DNA of 64,000 bases, taken from the NCBI GenBank assembly GCA_963668355.1, contig OY764265.1, positions 2,432,001 through 2,496,000 on the forward strand, given 5' to 3'. Under the pieces are notes generated by a model. That model did not search any database. It was not told the DNA's origin and saw nothing but the letters and a program-made list of their open reading frames with translations. This document shows, one piece after another, positions 28,119-37,917 of this stretch (positions are counted from its first letter, which is position 1; each line of letters begins with the position of its first letter). The DNA is from Bdellovibrionota bacterium (lineage in GTDB: Bacteria; Bdellovibrionota_G; JALEGL01; DATDPG01). Both the position numbers and the translations under genes were made by a program.

Positions 28119-29310
28119 ACGTGTGGCCAACGTTCAGCCGTCTCCAACGCTCGCCCTTAATCAGAAAGCCAACGCCCTTCGAGCCGAAGGAAAATCCATC
28201 GTGAATTTAACGGCCGGGGAGCCCGACTTCGATACGCCCAAAAATATTTGTGATGCGGCCCAGCGAGCGATTCTCGAAGGAAAGACGCGGTATACGCCGT
28301 CGATGGGCATTCCGGCGTTGAAAGAGGCCATCATTCAAAAAATGGCCAAAGAGTATGATCGAAAGGTCTCCCTCTCCCAAGTAATGGTTACGACCGGAGC
28401 CAAGCAGGCTTTGTTTCATATTTGCCACGCCCTTTTGAACGAAGGGGATGAAGCCATTGTTTTGGCCCCTTACTGGGTTTCTTATCCGGACATGGTTAAG
28501 TTGGCTGGGGGGCATCCGGTATTCGTCACGTGTGAGGAGAAAAATGAATTTTCTCTGGACCTGGAAGCCATTGAACGGGCAATCACTTCCAAAACCCGTC
28601 TCCTGTTCATCAACAGTCCTGTAAACCCTTGTGGAGCCATGTATTCAAAAGCGGAGCTGGATAAGCTTCGAGGTCTCCTGGAGAAACACCCTCAGGTGAT
28701 GGTGATCTCCGATGACATTTACGAAAAGCTGATTTACGACGATTCATCGTTCTATTCCATGGCGATGATGGGGCAGTTTGCGGAGGAGAGAGTGATTCTT
28801 GTGAATGGCGTTTCCAAGTCTTATGCCATGACCGGTTGGCGCATTGGATATGCCGTTGGAAACGAAACGCTCATTCGGGCCATGAATATTCTCCAGTCAC
28901 AATCTACTTCGGGGGCCACATCCATTGCACAATGGGCGGCAGTGGAGGCCATTCAAGGAGATCAATCTGAAGTTGAGAACATGCGAAAGGAATTTGAAAA
29001 AAGACGAAATCTATTCTGTCGTCGATTGAGTGAAATTCCTAACGTTACTTGTTCAAAACCCAAAGGAGCTTTTTACACGTTTTTCAATGTGTCTTCCTAC
29101 CTGGGAAAAAAAGACCCGAAGGGCAAAACGCTGCAGAAAGACGTGGATCTGGCTGCGTATCTCTTGGATACAAAAGGTGTGGCTTTGGTTCCGGGCTCAG
29201 TCTTTGGGGCCCCTGGATTCCTAAGGGCCAGTTTTGCGACGAATGAAGAGCAACTTAACGAGGGCGCATCTCGAATTCTGGAAGGTCTGTCCGTTCTGGT
29301 TGACGCTTAA
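28105..29310 (+). CDS. Aspartate aminotransferase-like class I/II PLP enzyme
   Basis: GEPDFDTP, SDDIYE and SKSYAMTGWRIG motifs. Confidence 0.93.
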   Translation: MELNKRVANVQPSPTLALNQKANALRAEGKSIVNLTAGEPDFDTPKNICDAAQRAILEGKTRYTPSMGIPALKEAIIQKMAKEYDRKVSLSQVMVTTGAKQALFHICHALLNEGDEAIVLAPYWVSYPDMVKLAGGHPVFVTCEEKNEFSLDLEAIERAITSKTRLLFINSPVNPCGAMYSKAELDKLRGLLEKHPQVMVISDDIYEKLIYDDSSFYSMAMMGQFAEERVILVNGVSKSYAMTGWRIGYAVGNETLIRAMNILQSQSTSGATSIAQWAAVEAIQGDQSEVENMRKEFEKRRNLFCRRLSEIPNVTCSKPKGAFYTFFNVSSYLGKKDPKGKTLQKDVDLAAYLLDTKGVALVPGSVFGAPGFLRASFATNEEQLNEGASRILEGLSVLVDA

Positions 29311-29352
29311 AACATTGCGGAGGAAACAAAATCCAGTCAGGATAGAAGGCAA

Positions 29353-29694
29353 ATGAGTTCAGGCGCAGAAAGAAGAGAGTTTCTTCGAATTCCCGTTGCC
29401 GCTCGTGTGAAGTTCCGAGATGGGGATCGGGAAGAAGTTTGGTTTAGTGAAGACATCAGTGAGGGAGGCCTCTTCTTAAAAGCGGACAATCCTCCGTTTA
29501 CGGGCACGCTTTTGGACCTAGAAATTTCACTCCCCTATGTAGATGAACTGGTCGAGGTGCGAGGTGAGGTGGTTTGGCGACATGAAGGCCGAGGCTGCGG
29601 CGTTCGCTTTGTGAAGTGTACGGCCAAAATGCGCGACTTTTTGAGGCTCTACCTGGAGCGCTCCGAAGATCATGAGGAAGAAGAAGACGAATAG
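29353..29694 (+). CDS. PilZ domain protein
   Basis: RREFLR (RxxxR) and DISEGG (DxSxxG) c-di-GMP motifs. Confidence 0.9.
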   Translation: MSSGAERREFLRIPVAARVKFRDGDREEVWFSEDISEGGLFLKADNPPFTGTLLDLEISLPYVDELVEVRGEVVWRHEGRGCGVRFVKCTAKMRDFLRLYLERSEDHEEEEDE

Positions 29695-30048
29695 TCCTCT
29701 CCTAGAAACTCCTTTAAATTTTCATCCCAAAAAATTTGGTTCAAGGATTACTTGAAGTGAAAGTTTCATTCCTTCAGCTATCGCTTTTCAAGGCAAAATT
29801 CGTTGGATAATGCCTATGAGAGCGGATTCTCGGTCAATCTTCATGGAATCCATTGAATTGTAAGGATTCTGTAAAGATGTTTCGTTTTTGTTTAAAGATG
29901 GGGTTTTGAAAACGGATGGAAGGATGTTTCTAAGTGTTTGAAATATTGAAGCTCCCAAAAAAGTTCCAAAAGGATGTTTTTTAAATTTGTCTAAAGAGGC
30001 CGACTGCCCTAAAACCCATAATTGACAGGCGAGAGATCGCCGCGTACG

Positions 30049-31174
30049 GCACCGAAACGGTGCACGGCCTTCCGCTAGGAGGGTTCGGGTAAGTTGTTAA
30101 GAAGTTTTCTTTCTTTTGGCAACAGAGGAGAGGTTCTTCGCTGAAAAAATAGGTTTCAACTTGCCGAGAGCTCGAAAAGGTCGCGCAAGATTGTCGGTGA
30201 GGAAGGTCAGATGGGCTGGCGCCCTTTTCGGAGGGAGATCGCCAATCGACCAAAGAGGGATACCCTAGGATCCCGGAAGAAGGTTACGGTAACGTGGCCA
30301 TTTTCAAAGGATGAAAGGGGAGTTTTCGAGATAGGCACTTGAAAACATCTTTGGAAGAGGGAACGCCCAAGAGACCGGAAATCCCATGGAAGCCATGGCC
30401 TCGATCCGAGCTAAACCCTCGGAGGCATAAAGAGGTACAGCTGGCCGGGAGGGATAAAGCCGTTGGAGCACCGGTAACAGGCTGGAAGGTTTGTTAAGAA
30501 AGTGCCAGAACGGAAGAACTCTTGGAAACAGGAGATTCGATCCCCGGTTGGAATAAAGCTTCGAAGGGAGAAGCCCAGGAGCGTTGGGAGTTGAAAAAGA
30601 CTTCCAAGGTTTTAGGGAGCTTTAAATCCGTCGAAAGGGTAGCCAAACCCTAAGGACGGCACTTCCAGGGTGCAACGCAACGCACGTTGGACGCTTCGAA
30701 ATGGAGTGAAAAAAAGGGCTACTAAAACCGCAAATGCTGAAGGGTCGAGATGCTCGGCAAGGAGCTTTTTGATTTGGCTGAAAGGTCGACTTCGAGCCAG
30801 GAAATCGAGAAGCCGCGAGTACAGGGGCGAAGACGCTAAGGTGGCGTCGAAGAGTATGAGAGGACGAACTTATCTGATCGCGAGACAGGTGAGGGAGTCG
30901 GAAGCTGAAAACCCGAAGGTCCAGCGAAAAGTGAAAGGGCGAACGGGGAGGAAATAAGCCATACGTTTCCTAGGTTGTCCGGCAAAGTGACTCTGAAACT
31001 CACGAGAACCACGTAAGCGGAGAAAGAGGATTGGTAACGAGACCTTTTTCACCCTTGAACAAGCGTAAGCCTTGAAGGGCCAACCGTATAGTGAGTGTTC
31101 TGTCGTCTGTCGCTTAAATTGTTTTTGAAAACAATTGAATCCCGCCATAGCGTTAGCGACGGCGGATTTTTTTT
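30049..31174 (+). ncRNA. Candidate large (~1.1 kb) structured non-coding RNA, family unassigned
   Basis: No credible CDS; purine-rich; more than 10 hairpins with G-U pairs, several with GNRA/UUCG loops; TTGACA upstream and a terminator downstream. Confidence 0.55.
31139..31174 (+). terminator. Intrinsic terminator closing the candidate ncRNA
   Basis: CCGCC...GGCGG stem followed by A and 8 T. Confidence 0.7.
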
Positions 31175-31293
31175 GTCTCAATTTTGCGAAACGAAATTTT
31201 TCTTCCCCCACGTCACCATAAAACGAAACCCTCTTCTTCCTTTCTGCAAAAAGTTTACGCCTATTTTGGGGGCAGGTTTGATACGCTCGGGCC

Positions 31294-31695
31294 ATGAGTA
31301 CCCCCAAGCTCACCTTGCCTCGACGACTTAAGAAACTCGCTCAGGAGTTGCTAGGTAAACCCGATAAATTAAAGGAAGTTTTAGATTTAGCTGAGAACTC
31401 CGGCCAGGCGGCTAAGGGAAAGCTGTCTTCGGTTTTTGAAGATTTTAAAACCATGATTCGCCTTCTTCGTGCATGGAGACAGAAAGCGTATGTCGAAGTT
31501 CCCAAGAGGACGCTCCTGCGAATGCTGTTCTCCTTGCTTTATTTTCTGCTCATTGTGGATGGGATTCCGGACTTCATTCCTGGCATTGGTTTATTGGATG
31601 ACCTGACGGTGATCGGGTGGGTTCTCAAAGGGGTTCGCCAGGATCTTGAAGACTTCCTGTCTTGGGAGAGGCGTCAAAACTCTCAGGAAGATTGA
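31294..31695 (+). CDS. YkvA/DUF1232 family membrane protein
   Basis: LLYFLLIVDGIPDFIPGIGLLDDL. Confidence 0.9.
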   Translation: MSTPKLTLPRRLKKLAQELLGKPDKLKEVLDLAENSGQAAKGKLSSVFEDFKTMIRLLRAWRQKAYVEVPKRTLLRMLFSLLYFLLIVDGIPDFIPGIGLLDDLTVIGWVLKGVRQDLEDFLSWERRQNSQED

Positions 31696-33676
31696 TCTGG
31701 TCTTTCAACCTCTGAATTTCGGGAATGGGACCCAAAAGGTTTTGTGCGCGTTCAAGGGCTTCTTCAGCTTTCCATCGGTTTGCTGCTTGCCAATGAAGGG
31801 TGGCGCGAGCCAAGGAAAGATAGCCTTGCTCCTTCTTTGAAAATCGTTGGCTGGCTTCCAAGGCTTGAAAGGCGCGTTTGGAATTTCCCGAGGCCCATTC
31901 AAAAAACCCGAGGAGAAGCCGTTGGTTGGCGTTGAGTTGGTTTTGAGGCGAAAGTAAATGCGTGAGTCGTTTCATATGGGCGCCACACTCGGCCCAAAGA
32001 ATCGCCAAGTCTGTTTTGAGTTGGGTGGGGTGTTCCAGAAATCGAGACGTGTCCTCGGGGACCAGGGGATAAGGGAGCCAAAGAGGCTCATGTTGTAGGC
32101 ACGCGTCGTCGGTGGGTTCTAAGTTGAAGTGAATTTCCAGCTCGTTCTTAACCCGTTTAAATTGCTTTCGGGAGAGCCACTGGGTTGTGGCTGTGCGGAT
32201 GATTTGCGCGCAAACGGAAGCTTGAATGTCAAAGGGGTCCAAGGCCGAGTTTTCGCGGCAAAGATGTTGGAATGGGGGGCGGACTTCAAAGGGTACGCTT
32301 GCTTGATGAAACAAGTATCCGGAGAAAGAGGAGGGGGTGGGCGTGTGTTCATAAAAGGTTAGGCGGGGAGAGAGAGGGGAATAGAGGGTCTTCAATTGGT
32401 TGCGATACCACGATGCGTTTAAAAGACCTTCGGCGGCCAAGGCTACGTCAGGCCGTCTTCCTTCCACATAGGAACGATACCAAAGGGGGAAGATCCAGTG
32501 GTCACTACGAACTTGGATGGCTGAAAAAGGAGGGATTTTGTCCAGATGTCGACTCAACGCTTCAGATTGCAAGCCTCCGGAACTGGCGAAAGAAGATAGG
32601 TTCAAGGGAAAAGCGTGGAGAAAGGCGATTCCCGTCAAGAGAAGGGCCAGGCTGGGTTTTTTGAGTAATCCGGTGGCTCCCAGTGTGGCCAAGATCCATA
32701 GAAAAAGAAGGGGGAACATCAGGTATGCATGGACGTCCGGGTTTTGAAGATGAAGGTCCTTTAGGAAAAAGGCGCGAATCATCCAAATGGAACCCGTGGA
32801 AAGGGTTGCGGTCAAAAATGTGAGGGAAAGAAAGGTTTTTTTTCGGCGGAATAAAAACCAAATTCCCAGTGTGGCCAGAATCAGAACTGAGGGTTGGAGC
32901 AAGGGAAGATTCGAGGAGCTGAGGGCTTGCGTTTCATACAATACCTCTCGAAAATCTTTGGCCCAAAGAAGGTCGGCGAGACGGGAGAGCGTTGAAGGAT
33001 CATCCCAGTTCAGGATCGGATGGGTTATGGCTCTCGCCGGTAGGTAGACAATGGTGCTAACTCCTAAGAACGTCATGAAAAGCCCCATTCCAAAAGACCG
33101 GAGCGAAACCGCCATTTTCTGAAGGTGGCCAAACAGAAAAACGGGGAGGAAGAGCAAGGCCAGCAAAGGTTGAAGTGTTAAGGCCAACCCAAAGACCCAC
33201 CAAGCTTGGTAGAGGTACCGCACGTCCGCTTTGAGTTTGGCTTTGAGAACCCAGAAAAAGCAAAGCAAAAGCAGAAACAGTTCTAGCGTGTAAACTTCGA
33301 TTCGCGTGCTCTGAAGGGCGATGGAAGGATGAAAGAGGGGAAGGATCGCCAATCCACAAAGGACCCATTGGTTTTTTCGCGCGCGAAGGTCCAGACCCAA
33401 AACTCCCGAAAACAACAGGCCCAGAACATTGTACAAAATTACCAGGGAAAGGCTGGTGAAAAGGGCTGAAAAGAGTTCCAAACGAAAGCCGATGGACCCA
33501 AAGGGAATCAATGTCAGCAATTTTCCAAGAAATACATATAGGCCATGTCCGGGGGGATGTGCCACGCCCAAAACATGAACGGCCGTAGCCAGTTCAGCGC
33601 TATCAAACCATCCCGGAAAATGTCCGCAAAAGAGGGAGAGAAAAGCGAAAGAAAAAAAGAAAAGAAGGCGTTTCAT
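31625..33676 (-). CDS. DUF2723 / TMEM260-like polytopic GT-C glycosyltransferase with TPR-like C-terminus
   Basis: DSAELATAVHVLGVAHPPGHGLY, EVYTL and YLPARA...LNWDDP motifs; many TM segments. Confidence 0.8.
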   Translation of the reverse strand: MKRLLFFFSFAFLSLFCGHFPGWFDSAELATAVHVLGVAHPPGHGLYVFLGKLLTLIPFGSIGFRLELFSALFTSLSLVILYNVLGLLFSGVLGLDLRARKNQWVLCGLAILPLFHPSIALQSTRIEVYTLELFLLLLCFFWVLKAKLKADVRYLYQAWWVFGLALTLQPLLALLFLPVFLFGHLQKMAVSLRSFGMGLFMTFLGVSTIVYLPARAITHPILNWDDPSTLSRLADLLWAKDFREVLYETQALSSSNLPLLQPSVLILATLGIWFLFRRKKTFLSLTFLTATLSTGSIWMIRAFFLKDLHLQNPDVHAYLMFPLLFLWILATLGATGLLKKPSLALLLTGIAFLHAFPLNLSSFASSGGLQSEALSRHLDKIPPFSAIQVRSDHWIFPLWYRSYVEGRRPDVALAAEGLLNASWYRNQLKTLYSPLSPRLTFYEHTPTPSSFSGYLFHQASVPFEVRPPFQHLCRENSALDPFDIQASVCAQIIRTATTQWLSRKQFKRVKNELEIHFNLEPTDDACLQHEPLWLPYPLVPEDTSRFLEHPTQLKTDLAILWAECGAHMKRLTHLLSPQNQLNANQRLLLGFFEWASGNSKRAFQALEASQRFSKKEQGYLSLARATLHWQAANRWKAEEALERAQNLLGPIPEIQRLKDQINLPESFDASPKTGSLQDPGEPL

Positions 33677-35247
33677 CGAGGTTTGTTGATCAGTTCATAG
33701 CCTTTGGATTCAATGAACAGACGAACGAGATTGGCATCAAGTTTCCCATCTTGAACTTCCATTTCCAAAATTTCCAGAGCCCTGGGAATGGGAACCGCGC
33801 GTTTATACGGTCGGTCTCGGGCCGCCAAAGCATCGAAAATGTCTGCGACCGTCATGATCTTGGATTGCAGAGGAATTTGCGAACTTGAAATCTTTCGGGG
33901 ATAGCCACTTCCATCCAACTTTTCGTGATGGGCATAGGCGATTTCGGGGGCTCTTTGAAGCTCTTTGGTCCAAGGAATTCGGGAGAGATATTGAAACGTA
34001 TGCGTTACATGGGATTCGATTTCTTGTCGTTCAGAGTCGGAAAGGCTGCCCTTGGGAACAGACAATCTGAAAATTTGGTTCGGGGAAATGATGGGCGTGG
34101 AACTGCCATCGGGTCGGGTGACATGAAGTTGGGATAGCTTGTCGAGTTCTCCGGATACGGACTCTGGAAGAACTGTGGGTTCATTGCTCGCGGTGATCAA
34201 CTCGTAGGCTTCTCGGATTTCTTCCATTCGAGCTTCCAGTCGCTGATCCATTTCTTTTAGTCGAGCGTCGGAGGGGGCGCCTCCTTTTTGAAGGTAGTCA
34301 ATCTTGTTTTGTGCATGCTCGAGTTGCGTATTCAAAATCAAGAGGTCAAAGCGAGAAGCAATGATTTCAAATTCATGCGGGTAGAGTTTTTTGGCTTTGA
34401 CCAGAACGGACTCTCTCACACCAATCTTTCCAAAGTCATGAAGGAGGGCGGCATATTTGAGTTCTTGCATCTCCTGATGGGAAAACGCTAGCCCTTGGAA
34501 AACCTTCTCCTCAGAACGGTCCACGCTCTGAGCCAAAAAACATGTCATGTCGGCTACACGTTCAGAATGTCCGGAAGTGGTGGGGTCTCGTGATTCGATC
34601 GCCAGAACGGAGGCCCGAATAAACCCTTCAAATAAATTCTGGATGTCAGAGTATAACTTCGCGTTTTCAATAGCAATTCCAGCCTGAGCTGAAAGGGCAG
34701 AGAGAACCCCTAGGTCATCTTCTGAAAACGGGATGACCTCATCCGGAATGTTTTGAATCGTGAGCTGTGTCTTTGGATTCCTTTTCTTGTTCCAAAGTTG
34801 CATGACTCCGATGAGTTGATCTTTTTGATCTTTCATGGCAACCGAAAGAACGGAACGAGAAAGATAGCCCGATTGTTTGTCGAAATCAGGATTGAAGCTG
34901 AAGGGAAGGTCCTCAGGCATTTCATATACATTTGGAATATTGATGGCCTCTCCGGTTGAAGCCACATAACCAGCCAAGCTTTTGTGATTGATGGGGAGGG
35001 TGAACTCCGTAAATGTCACAGGAATGGATTCGTTTTGAGAAAGTTTGAAGCGCAAATGAGAAGGAAGGGCAAAACCTTCACCTTCCGCAAGAAAAAGACT
35101 TCCCGCATCGGCATGGACTATATCCCGACATTTTTCAAGAATGCGTTCCAACAGACGATCCAGATTTTTTTCTTCGGCCAACGCAGCACTGATGGAGCAT
35201 AAGGCTTCGAAACGTTCGTCTTTTTGTGGAAATGACATTGAGGGCAT
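33673..35247 (-). CDS. GAF + HD-GYP cyclic-dinucleotide phosphodiesterase
   Basis: GAF domain; RDPTTSGHSERV, LHDFGKIG, HHEKLDGSGYP and RPYK motifs. Confidence 0.93.
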   Translation of the reverse strand: MPSMSFPQKDERFEALCSISAALAEEKNLDRLLERILEKCRDIVHADAGSLFLAEGEGFALPSHLRFKLSQNESIPVTFTEFTLPINHKSLAGYVASTGEAINIPNVYEMPEDLPFSFNPDFDKQSGYLSRSVLSVAMKDQKDQLIGVMQLWNKKRNPKTQLTIQNIPDEVIPFSEDDLGVLSALSAQAGIAIENAKLYSDIQNLFEGFIRASVLAIESRDPTTSGHSERVADMTCFLAQSVDRSEEKVFQGLAFSHQEMQELKYAALLHDFGKIGVRESVLVKAKKLYPHEFEIIASRFDLLILNTQLEHAQNKIDYLQKGGAPSDARLKEMDQRLEARMEEIREAYELITASNEPTVLPESVSGELDKLSQLHVTRPDGSSTPIISPNQIFRLSVPKGSLSDSERQEIESHVTHTFQYLSRIPWTKELQRAPEIAYAHHEKLDGSGYPRKISSSQIPLQSKIMTVADIFDALAARDRPYKRAVPIPRALEILEMEVQDGKLDANLVRLFIESKGYELINKPR

Positions 35248-35274
35248 TCATTGTACGGGGTTGAAGACGTTTGC

Positions 35275-36486
35275 TCAATAAACGAAGCGATCCAGATCGT
35301 AGATGGCGATCTTGGGGCGATTCCTTCCTTTGCATGCATCGGCAATTCGATCCATGAGGAGAAATGCCTGATCCCAGGTTTCTTCGTCATCCAGAGGAGA
35401 AAAGTCCTGTTCTTTTTCCCAAAGGGGATATGTAGAGTCCTTCTTTACACGCAAAGGGGAGATGTAGACATAATCTTCCATATCTAACGAGAGGCTTTTT
35501 AGAAGCTCAGTTGAGGCCTCCATATGCGAATCTTCATGCTCTCTGCCCCCAACTCCTGCCAGAAGAATGATGCCGACAGAGATATTGGCCTCTTTCAGGC
35601 CTTCAATTTTTTTTCGAAAGGAAGTTTCGTCTCCAGGCTTCAAAAGTCCTTTTCGAAGTTTCCATTCTCCGGTTTCCAGCCCGATGTACACGCGCTTTAA
35701 ACCGCGTGCATGCAATTCCTTGAACTGGGTGGATGTCCTTTTGGGAGCAGAGGCATCATCAAACGAATAAAGGGTTTGAGAGGCTTTTGCATTGGAGGTT
35801 CGTTTGAATGCGTCTTGAATGAGCTCAATTTTTTGAATCAGGAGATTGTGGTCAAGACAAAGCGCATTGGCTTCCCCAAGAAATATGGAGTTCCAACGAT
35901 CCAACGCACCTCTTTGAAACTCTAAGACTTTTTGAATATGCTGAGAAAGCTTTTCATCCGAAAGAACCTCAAACTCTCGATCTCCATACAGCGTACAAAA
36001 CCGACATTGGTTGTATGAACATCCACGCGTGACTTGAATCAGAAGAGAGCCATAGCAGTCTGGCGGGAGAATCGGAACGGATCCGTAAACGTTTTCGAAT
36101 TCGCGATGTTCCTGTTCCAGCTCTTGGGGGGAAAGTTTTTGAGCCATACGATGTATTTCCGGCTTGGCTTTTTCACCGGAAAGAAAATCTTCCATTTCCA
36201 ATAGGAAAGCATCGTTCGGAGCTTGGGCAATTTCTTTGAGTTCTTTTTGTACCTTCTCAAAAAGGACGCGGACTTCTTTTTCCGGGAGACGTTTGCAGAC
36301 CGGAAAGGTCTCAATGCCGCCGGGGCGAAATTCGACGACATGCCCATCCAAGCCGATTCGAAAGGTGTCCCCCTCAAGCCAAGCGTGAAAAAGGCGATGC
36401 TCTCGGTCGAATGAAAAGACCTGATCGTTGACCCGACTCAAAACAAAATAGCCGGGAAGTTTTATGAGTCGATACTGATTTGCCAC
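35275..36486 (-). CDS. Radical SAM protein
   Basis: GCSYNQCRFC (CxxxCxxC); IFLGEANA and VYIGLETG motifs. Confidence 0.9.
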   Translation of the reverse strand: MANQYRLIKLPGYFVLSRVNDQVFSFDREHRLFHAWLEGDTFRIGLDGHVVEFRPGGIETFPVCKRLPEKEVRVLFEKVQKELKEIAQAPNDAFLLEMEDFLSGEKAKPEIHRMAQKLSPQELEQEHREFENVYGSVPILPPDCYGSLLIQVTRGCSYNQCRFCTLYGDREFEVLSDEKLSQHIQKVLEFQRGALDRWNSIFLGEANALCLDHNLLIQKIELIQDAFKRTSNAKASQTLYSFDDASAPKRTSTQFKELHARGLKRVYIGLETGEWKLRKGLLKPGDETSFRKKIEGLKEANISVGIILLAGVGGREHEDSHMEASTELLKSLSLDMEDYVYISPLRVKKDSTYPLWEKEQDFSPLDDEETWDQAFLLMDRIADACKGRNRPKIAIYDLDRFVY

Positions 36487-36496
36487 GATCCGTTTT

Positions 36497-37870
36497 TTAT
36501 AACGGCTTTAAAATCGCTGTAAAGTGGCGTAGAGCAGGAGGCTCTTCAACGATTTGGTAGCCGCGAATGTCTTTCCGTCGATTGAAGACCTCTAGAATGA
36601 CTTCAATGACATAGTCCACGTGGCTTTGCGTATACGTTCTGCGTGGAATGGCCAATCGAACCAACTCCTGCTCCGAGGGGATGATGTTTCCCGTGTTGGG
36701 GTCGGTATGTCCAAACATAAGGGAACCAATTTCCACTCCCCGGATACCCCCTGCAACATAGAGTTCGCAAGCCAGCGCTTGAGCTGGGAGCTGCTGAGGC
36801 GGAATGTGGTCCACAAATTTTTTGGCATTGAGAAAAACCGCATGGCCTCCAATCGGCTTGATGACCGGTACGCCTTGTTCGGCCAAATGATTGCCCAGAT
36901 AACCTGTGGATGCCATTCGATATTCCAAATAATCGGGATCGATGACTTCTTCTAAGCCTTGAGCAATGGCCTCCAGGTCTCTGCCGGCCAAGCCACCGTA
37001 GGTCGGAAACCCTTCGGTGAGAATCAGAACATTGCGAGCCTGACGCGCCCAATCTTCATCGTTCATGGCCAAGATGCCGCCGATATTTGTGATGGCGTCT
37101 TTTTTGGCACTGAAGGTACAGCCATCCGCATAGGAAAAGGTTTCTTGAACAATTTCTTTGATGGAACGATTGGCTTGGCCTTTTTCTCGCTTTTGGATCA
37201 TGTAGGCGTTTTCGGCGAAACGACAACAATCCAGGAAGAAGGGAACGCCTCTTTTCTTACAAAGTTCGGAGACGCTTCGAATGTTTTCCAACGAAACCGG
37301 TTGTCCTCCCCAAGCATTGTTTGTGATCGTAAGCATCACGAGGGGAATTTCTTCTTTGGAATGTTGCTCAAAAACATTCTGAAGTTTTTCCAAGTCCATA
37401 TTTCCCTTGAACGGAAAGTCGGAATCAAAGTCTCGGGCTTCCTGAATCAGGAGATCCAATGCCTTGGCCCCACGGTGTTCGACATTGGCTCGCGTGGTAT
37501 CAAAGTGCGTGTTGTTGGGAATGATCTGCCCTTTATTCGCAACGATGGAAAAAAGAATTTTTTCAGAGGCTCGACCTTGATGAGTTGGAATGATGTATTT
37601 GAATCCTGTGAGGTCTCGAAAGGTGTCTTCCAGTTTGAAGAAACTTCGACTTCCCGCGTAGGACTCATCTCCGATCATGATTTTGCCCCATTGCGCGGCA
37701 CTCATGGCTCCCGTCCCACTGTCGGTTAGAAGATCGATGGTGACATCCTCCGCACGAAGATTGAAGAGGTTGTACCCGGCTTCCTTCAGCTTTTGTATTC
37801 GCTCTTCTTTCGTGAGCATGCGAATGGGTTCCACCGCTTTGATTCGAAAGGGCTCAATGATCGTCTTCAT
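36497..37870 (-). CDS. tnaA: Tryptophanase / tyrosine phenol-lyase family beta-eliminating lyase
   Basis: EPFRIKAVE, IDLLTDSGT, SAKKD, EGFPTYGGLAGRD and LRHFTA motifs; TnaA versus Tpl not resolved. Confidence 0.85.
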   Translation of the reverse strand: MKTIIEPFRIKAVEPIRMLTKEERIQKLKEAGYNLFNLRAEDVTIDLLTDSGTGAMSAAQWGKIMIGDESYAGSRSFFKLEDTFRDLTGFKYIIPTHQGRASEKILFSIVANKGQIIPNNTHFDTTRANVEHRGAKALDLLIQEARDFDSDFPFKGNMDLEKLQNVFEQHSKEEIPLVMLTITNNAWGGQPVSLENIRSVSELCKKRGVPFFLDCCRFAENAYMIQKREKGQANRSIKEIVQETFSYADGCTFSAKKDAITNIGGILAMNDEDWARQARNVLILTEGFPTYGGLAGRDLEAIAQGLEEVIDPDYLEYRMASTGYLGNHLAEQGVPVIKPIGGHAVFLNAKKFVDHIPPQQLPAQALACELYVAGGIRGVEIGSLMFGHTDPNTGNIIPSEQELVRLAIPRRTYTQSHVDYVIEVILEVFNRRKDIRGYQIVEEPPALRHFTAILKPL

Positions 37871-37917
37871 GGCTTCAACTCCTTTATCCCAACATCAACA
37901 TCCACATTAGAGAGGGC

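Noticed and set aside
30049..31174. Identification of the structured region as RNase P RNA, tmRNA, rRNA or a group II intron
   Set aside because: GAGGAAGGTC (30199) only loosely resembles the RNase P GAGGAAAGTCC, and I found no matching 3' P4 strand. No tRNA-like ends, no convincing domain V, no interrupted gene or RT ORF, and no rRNA signature seen.
29981..31331. ORFs 29981-30253, 30670-30957, 30870-31313 and 31095-31331
   Set aside because: No recognisable motifs, Arg/Lys/Ser-biased composition, and they overlap hairpins or the terminator; better explained as non-coding RNA.
36959..37729. Long antisense or alternate-frame ORFs (also 2532-3209, 10916-11539, 17539-18129, 60181-60819)
   Set aside because: Shadows of well-supported genes, with no independent motifs.
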